DNA of 64,000 nucleotides from Chitinophagaceae bacterium (GTDB lineage Bacteria; Bacteroidota; Bacteroidia; Chitinophagales; Chitinophagaceae): NCBI GenBank assembly GCA_047600605.1, contig JASGKK010000002.1, positions 1,075,509 to 1,139,508 of the forward strand, read 5' to 3'. Shown piece by piece: positions 58,891 to 64,000 of this stretch (position 1 is its first letter; each line of letters starts with the position of its first letter). The notes under the pieces were generated by a model. It saw only the letters and a program-made list of their open reading frames with translations, ran no database searches and was not told where the DNA came from. The position numbers and the translations under genes were made by a program.

Positions 58891-60278
58891 GTGGCGACTG
58901 TTTTCTTTCTGAACAGGTACAGGGTCCTGACCGAGTCCCTGATCATTTCCTTTTTCAGGATATCGAAATGAACGGAGAAAGCGGCTTCAAAATTAACCGA
59001 AGTGTATTCGGGAAAAGGACGTGTCTGTTGTTTCAGGATCTGTTGTGCTTTTTCATCTTCTGCCGGCACAAACTCAAGAATCAGGTAAGAAGAAAGCTGT
59101 GCCATAAAAGCAGCGATCTGATCAAAACGCAATTGTTTGCCAATAGCCAGGTGATGGATCAATGCAAGTCCCATCACCAGGTCGGCGTCTGCACGCGCGG
59201 CAAAACTGCTCCGCTCTTCATTGTTCTGACCAATAGCCGGTGTGGGAAAAGCGAGGTCCTGTACGAGCGGAAGAATACCCGAAGCACGTTCCTCCCGGCG
59301 TTGCAGATAGAGGCGATTGATGCAATAAGGATCAATATCGGCCGCCAGTACTTCGATTGACTTTTGTGTGAGTAACCGGGCAAAAAGCCCATCATTGGCA
59401 CCCAGATCGGTTGCCTTTTTTACAGCAGGCAACTCATCGACCCAGCCACTGATGAGTTGTTTTTTATGCTCGAGGTAGTTGCCGCGTTGCGTAGCTTCTT
59501 CATAATAGGCAGACCATGTGCTGGATTGCTGTGGTGTGCGCAGCCGGTTGATCAGTATCTCGAGACTGCCCAGCAAATTCTTAAACTTTTGTTTCGTAAA
59601 GCCGGTTATGTTTTCTGCATTTCCTTTACGGCGTTTGCTATAACGTGCCTGCAGATGTATATGCAGGTAGGTATGGAGTGAAAACCGGCTTCGCCGGGGC
59701 AAAAGAGCACTGGCTGCCTCGACCGGGATACCGGCCGGCCAGGCCAGTAGCAGACCCGGAAGCTGCTGCCGCGAATAATGCATCAGCAGCAGGGGAGTCA
59801 GAAACATTTCGCAGAATTGCCGGTAGGCCACCCAGGGCTGGTTATCATATCTGGCCAGGGAAAGTGTATCGATCAATACCATTTTTCCTTTGTGCCATTG
59901 GATATTGAAAGGTGTGGCATCTTTCAGCACCATATCATACTGCAATACTTCGGCTGCAATACGCAGTGTGGTCAGGGCTGCATCACGCAGCATGTCAAAA
60001 CACCATTCATAAGGATAACTGATTACCGGCACCCGCTCAGGCAAAAGAGTAGTATACCAGTCTGCATCACCTGTCAGATTTTCTGTAATGCTCTCATGTG
60101 GAATTAATAATCCCTTTTGCACGAGTTGCTGATAACAGCCGCTCTGCATCAGGTGATCATAACTTTCCTGGTATATACGGTTTACCTGCCGGTATAATAC
60201 ACCCTCTTTTTCAAACACAAATCCGGCAGGGTCCCGGAATGATGAGGCATGCGGGAGAAAATGATTTGCTTCCTGCAT
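58887..60278 (-). CDS. class I SAM-dependent methyltransferase with a conserved N-terminal extension
   Basis: ...SFRDPAGFVFEKEGVLYRQV... N-terminal domain, and motif I ATDLGANDGLFARLL. Confidence 0.7.
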   Translation of the reverse strand: MQEANHFLPHASSFRDPAGFVFEKEGVLYRQVNRIYQESYDHLMQSGCYQQLVQKGLLIPHESITENLTGDADWYTTLLPERVPVISYPYEWCFDMLRDAALTTLRIAAEVLQYDMVLKDATPFNIQWHKGKMVLIDTLSLARYDNQPWVAYRQFCEMFLTPLLLMHYSRQQLPGLLLAWPAGIPVEAASALLPRRSRFSLHTYLHIHLQARYSKRRKGNAENITGFTKQKFKNLLGSLEILINRLRTPQQSSTWSAYYEEATQRGNYLEHKKQLISGWVDELPAVKKATDLGANDGLFARLLTQKSIEVLAADIDPYCINRLYLQRREERASGILPLVQDLAFPTPAIGQNNEERSSFAARADADLVMGLALIHHLAIGKQLRFDQIAAFMAQLSSYLILEFVPAEDEKAQQILKQQTRPFPEYTSVNFEAAFSVHFDILKKEMIRDSVRTLYLFRKKTVAT

Positions 60279-60445
60279 TATTCATTGGTTTTTTCATCCT
60301 GCTTTTTGGGTGAGCGGCGGAAAAGGCTCAGGATATAGAGTTTTATATTCTTGAAAAAAAACACCACACCCATGGCCGCTGCTACAATCACCTGTACCAG
60401 ATAGCTCCCGCTGCCGGGATCCATGTATAAAAGCGAATGCATCAT
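60278..60445 (-). CDS. 55-aa single-TM peptide (below the ORF-track cutoff)
   Basis: My translation reads MMHSLLYMDPGSGSYLVQVIVAAAMGVVFFFKNIKLYILSLFRRSPKKQDEKTNE*. Its ATG overlaps the M42 stop (60445-60447), and its TAA overlaps the methyltransferase ATG (TAATG). Confidence 0.5.
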   Translation of the reverse strand: MMHSLLYMDPGSGSYLVQVIVAAAMGVVFFFKNIKLYILSLFRRSPKKQDEKTNE

Positions 60446-61575
60446 CAGAGATAGTTGAGATTTGTTTTAGGGCTAAGTGTCAGCAGGGTCTCATACATCA
60501 GTTTGATCGTATTTTCAATATCATCCCTGTGCAGCATTTCCACCGTAGTGTGCATATAACGAAGCGGGATAGAGATCAGCACGGAAGGGCACCCGTCGTT
60601 GGAATACGCAAATGAATCGGTATCGGTGCCGGTACTGCGGCTGAGTGCACGCCATTGTACAGGTATCTTATGATCGCCTGCCACTTTTTCTACCAGACCC
60701 AGCAGTTTGTTGTGCACAGCAGGGGCATAAGAGAGTGAAGGCCCTTTGCCGGTCATCACATCTCCTTCAATATTTTTATTGATAAGAGGTGTGGTAGTGT
60801 CGTGCGTTACATCGGTTACAATGGCAATATTGGGTTTGATGCGACGTGCAATCATTTCGGCGCCACGGAGACCAATTTCCTCCTGCACGGCATTTACAAC
60901 ATATAATCCATAAGGCAGCTTCTTCTTATTCTGATGAATAAGACGGGCTACTTCGGCAATCATAAAGCCACCAACACGGTTGTCAAAGGCACGACCGACA
61001 TAATTACCATTGGCCAGTTCGTCAAAACCGTCCTGGTAGGTTACAACAGCGCCGATATGAATACCCAGTTCTTCTACTTCCTTGCGGTTGCGGGCTCCGG
61101 CATCGAGCCACAGGTTGTCTGTACGGGGCTGCGCCTCTTTCTGATCAGGAGTACCAATACGGGTATGAATAGCCGGCCAGCCAAACACTGCCTTAACTGC
61201 ACCTTTTTTGCCATGGATAAGTACGCGTGATGCAGGAGCTGTCTGATGATCGACCCCGCCATTGCGCTTCAGGTAAATCAGGCCATCGGCAGTGATATAG
61301 TTGACAAACCAGCTGATCTCATCGGCATGGGCTTCTATTACGATTTTGAATGGATTATCGGGATTTACAACTCCTACAGCAGTGCCGTACGGGTCAACGA
61401 AATGTGTATCTACATAAGGCTTCAGATAATCGAGCCAAAGCTTCTGCCCCCAGGTCTCAAATCCTACGGGAGAGGCATTATTGATATAGTTGCGGAGAAA
61501 CTGAAAAGATGTATCTGTTAAAATTGTCTTTTTACCGGCAGCAGAAACTGTTGACTTCTTTGAAGATTTGGCCAT
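60445..61575 (-). CDS. M42 family metallopeptidase (glutamyl aminopeptidase-like)
   Basis: ...VIEAHADEI...GRAFDNRVG...NAVQEEIGLRGA...IAIVTDVTHDT.... The ATG at 61575 (MAKSSKKS) is preferred to the upstream alternative start. Confidence 0.88.
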   Translation of the reverse strand: MAKSSKKSTVSAAGKKTILTDTSFQFLRNYINNASPVGFETWGQKLWLDYLKPYVDTHFVDPYGTAVGVVNPDNPFKIVIEAHADEISWFVNYITADGLIYLKRNGGVDHQTAPASRVLIHGKKGAVKAVFGWPAIHTRIGTPDQKEAQPRTDNLWLDAGARNRKEVEELGIHIGAVVTYQDGFDELANGNYVGRAFDNRVGGFMIAEVARLIHQNKKKLPYGLYVVNAVQEEIGLRGAEMIARRIKPNIAIVTDVTHDTTTPLINKNIEGDVMTGKGPSLSYAPAVHNKLLGLVEKVAGDHKIPVQWRALSRSTGTDTDSFAYSNDGCPSVLISIPLRYMHTTVEMLHRDDIENTIKLMYETLLTLSPKTNLNYL

Positions 61576-61653
61576 AGGTGCATATTTGGGTGAGCCCCAA
61601 AAATAAACAAATTGAGCCAGACCGGTTTGCACCTTCTTCCTTATACCTTTTAT

Positions 61654-64000
61654 CTATCTGATAAGCGTAACCAGCCCTTTACTGAAATATGCTTTTCCGG
61701 TAAAATCGACCGCTTTTACCATCCAGACATAGGTATTGCTGGCCTGTGGCTGACCATTGATGGTGCCATCCCACCCGGCACCATTTATACGGGTTTCAAA
61801 TACCCGTTGCCCCCAACGGTTATAGATCTGAAAATATTCAATGTGTTTAAAGCCCACGGCGATTGGCCGCAACTGATCATTCAATCCGTCATGATTGGGT
61901 GTGAAGGCAGAAGGTACATACACGGTGGGCTGATTGGCATAAACCTTAATTGACAGCGAAGAGGAATCCACACAGCCGATACTGTTATACACAAGCACCT
62001 TATAATGTATCTGGTTAGCCGGCTCATTGAATACGGCAACGGGGTTGGCAATGACCGGAGAAGATAAGTATGTGCCGGGTATCCATTGATAGGTAACTCC
62101 TCCGCTGGCCTGCAATTGCAAAGGCTGATTGATGACCACCGCTGTATCATTGCCGGCAAACGGTACGATACGTGGCAAAACGGTCACCAGCACAGTATCG
62201 CGACTGGGTTTGGGGCAACCACTGGCCGGATCATAAACGGTAAGAATATAACTCAGTGTGCGGGGAGGATAAGCAAAAGGTGACAGGGTACCGGCATCGT
62301 TGAGCGATGCTGCCGGCAACCATTGCCAGGAAGTACCATTGGTAGTTCCCTGCAAAAGAGCTGCAGTATTATAACAAATAGTGGTATCCCTGCCTGCTGA
62401 TACAAGCGGATATGGAATGGTCGTCACCCGCACTTCATCTGTTTCGCTGCATCCGCCAATGGTGGCCCTCACCTGGTAAGTAGTAAAGTTAAGCGGATAT
62501 ACCAGCGGATTGGGTAATGTGGGATCATTGAGCTGTGCAGCAGGGGTCCACAGATAACGCAATCCATCTGAACTGACCCGTAGCCGGATGGTATCACCGC
62601 GGCAAATAGTCGTATCATTCATGGCATTGAGCGTTACAAAATCCACCACCCGTACCAGCACGGAATCACGATTGGTGCATCCATCAATGCTGAGGTCTAC
62701 AAAATAGCGCGTGGTAGAAGCAGGACTTACCTGGGGTGTGGAAGTACCGGCCTGCTGAATGGATATCAGCGGGCTCCAGTTGAAACTGCCTGTGCCACTG
62801 GCCTGCAGCGTAAGCACATCGTTACGGCAAATGAGGGTGTCGCGAAAAGCAAGACTGATAGGAGGTTTTTCAATAATGCTGATCGTTTGTGATATGGTAT
62901 CCCTGCAGCCGGTTGACGCCTGTACGGTGAGCAGTATCCGTTTACTTCCCAGCGAGGGATAGGTATAGCTGGCATTGCGTGTAGTACTGCGGTCATTGGT
63001 TACAGCAGCTTCACCAAAATCCCAGCTCCACGATGATAGCGTACCGGTACTAAGTGTTGACTGATCTGTAAACAGGGTAGGGCGCCCAAAGCAAATACCC
63101 GACACAGCAAAAGCTGTATTCATTCCGGGAAATACGTATACAGGAGCAGTGCTGCTGTCTGTGCAGGGCTGCCCGCGATTTACTACCAGCTTGAGCGTAT
63201 AGATACCATCGACAGGAAAGGTATATGAAAAAGTAAATCCGGTTCCCGACTGCACCACATTGCCGGCAGGATCGAGTATTGACCAGTTTTGCGATACGAT
63301 CAACGGGCTGTTTGACAGGTTTTCAAAAGTCATGCTGCGGGTATTGCGGCAAAGCATATAGTCTGACTCCAATTGAGCAGCCGCAATACTGCAGTCGGTA
63401 ATATTGATCTGCAAATCTTTTCGCTGAGTAGCTATCACCACATTGTTTCGGATCTCCTCGGCACATACGGTGACTACATAAATGCCTGCAGCGGGAGCCA
63501 CACCGGTGATAAGCCCGGTGGCAGGGTCAATGGAAACCCGTGCACCCAGCGGCGCATCGGCACTGAAATCGGGACTATTGTAAGGCAATGGAGAATAAGG
63601 CGGTGGTCCGGCAGGCACCCCGTTTACACCCTGCGAAGAACTGTTATAACCGGTACAGAAAGAATAACGGATCTGATCATTATCCCGGTCACTGGCCGCA
63701 AAACTGTAGCTGAAGTTATTACCGGCACAGACCACCACCAGATCTGATCCGGTAAAATGAGCGCTGTTGTTCTGTGGAGTAGCGGGACCATGTTGCGTAC
63801 CCGGAATCTCGCAGGTGTACGTGGCTCCAACCTGCTCCGAAAAAATATTGGTAATACCCCTGATGCGGTAATTGACCTGACTGGCCAGTGTATACCCGGT
63901 CAGCGATACAGGCAGGCTTACGCCAAACTGATAATAAGCCACTTCGTAACACACCGTGGGCGGATTGGTAATGCAGGGATCGTTTTGCAAGATCTGGATT
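61654..64000 (-). CDS. large cell-surface protein with PKD/Ig-like repeats and a T9SS type B (gliding-motility C-terminal) sorting domain; the N-terminus lies outside the window
   Basis: C-terminus ...YVPSAFTPNHDGLNDQLRPIAVGFKHIEYFQIYNRWGQRVFE...NTYVWMVKAVD...GLVTLIR. The frame stays open to the window edge. Confidence 0.88.
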   Translation of the reverse strand, partial: IQILQNDPCITNPPTVCYEVAYYQFGVSLPVSLTGYTLASQVNYRIRGITNIFSEQVGATYTCEIPGTQHGPATPQNNSAHFTGSDLVVVCAGNNFSYSFAASDRDNDQIRYSFCTGYNSSSQGVNGVPAGPPPYSPLPYNSPDFSADAPLGARVSIDPATGLITGVAPAAGIYVVTVCAEEIRNNVVIATQRKDLQINITDCSIAAAQLESDYMLCRNTRSMTFENLSNSPLIVSQNWSILDPAGNVVQSGTGFTFSYTFPVDGIYTLKLVVNRGQPCTDSSTAPVYVFPGMNTAFAVSGICFGRPTLFTDQSTLSTGTLSSWSWDFGEAAVTNDRSTTRNASYTYPSLGSKRILLTVQASTGCRDTISQTISIIEKPPISLAFRDTLICRNDVLTLQASGTGSFNWSPLISIQQAGTSTPQVSPASTTRYFVDLSIDGCTNRDSVLVRVVDFVTLNAMNDTTICRGDTIRLRVSSDGLRYLWTPAAQLNDPTLPNPLVYPLNFTTYQVRATIGGCSETDEVRVTTIPYPLVSAGRDTTICYNTAALLQGTTNGTSWQWLPAASLNDAGTLSPFAYPPRTLSYILTVYDPASGCPKPSRDTVLVTVLPRIVPFAGNDTAVVINQPLQLQASGGVTYQWIPGTYLSSPVIANPVAVFNEPANQIHYKVLVYNSIGCVDSSSLSIKVYANQPTVYVPSAFTPNHDGLNDQLRPIAVGFKHIEYFQIYNRWGQRVFETRINGAGWDGTINGQPQASNTYVWMVKAVDFTGKAYFSKGLVTLIR

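Overview
This 64-kb chromosomal segment looks like Bacteroidota, probably Chitinophagaceae/Sphingobacteriia-like. The taxon call is an inference from the T9SS PorQ gene, a gliding-motility C-terminal sorting domain protein, ParA-ParB-DUF5683-DapB synteny and several Bacteroidota-typical DUF families. Housekeeping and envelope blocks flank a ~22-kb accessory island at about 9.5-32 kb. These blocks include leuA-leuC, carA, aroQ, dapB, parAB, lon, an M1 and an M42 peptidase, PAP2, LTA-synthase-like enzymes and a TPR histidine kinase/LuxR pair. The island opens with a tightly packed operon: a coiled-coil/barrel-like secreted protein, a 1242-aa protein with an SpvB/TcB-like N-terminus, a small secreted helical protein, a 1464-aa Sec-signal RHS/YD toxin, and an overlapping SUKH-1 immunity gene. 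Behind a terminator lie three 5'-truncated orphan rhs core+toxin cassettes with small downstream ORFs and a 39-nt rhs relic. The same stretch holds three tandem 267-aa paralogs (817-bp period), a truncated mobile-element primase/helicase pseudogene and an IS481-family element. Three signals stand out. (i) GC-rich hairpin insertions of ~22-24 nt sit at the same three positions of the conserved rhs core in two different orphan cassettes. (ii) A family of composite intergenic micro-tandem arrays (octamer GATTTGAN, heptamer TGGNNNG, nonamer GT[A/T]TAAAGG) occurs at six gene ends, all outside the island. (iii) The uncharacterised accessory genes upstream of the RHS toxin could be a delivery module, with no T6SS, Tc or T9SS-CTD hallmarks nearby. 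I found no rRNA, tRNA or CRISPR array. All homology statements come from reading the translations and motifs by eye; no database search was run.
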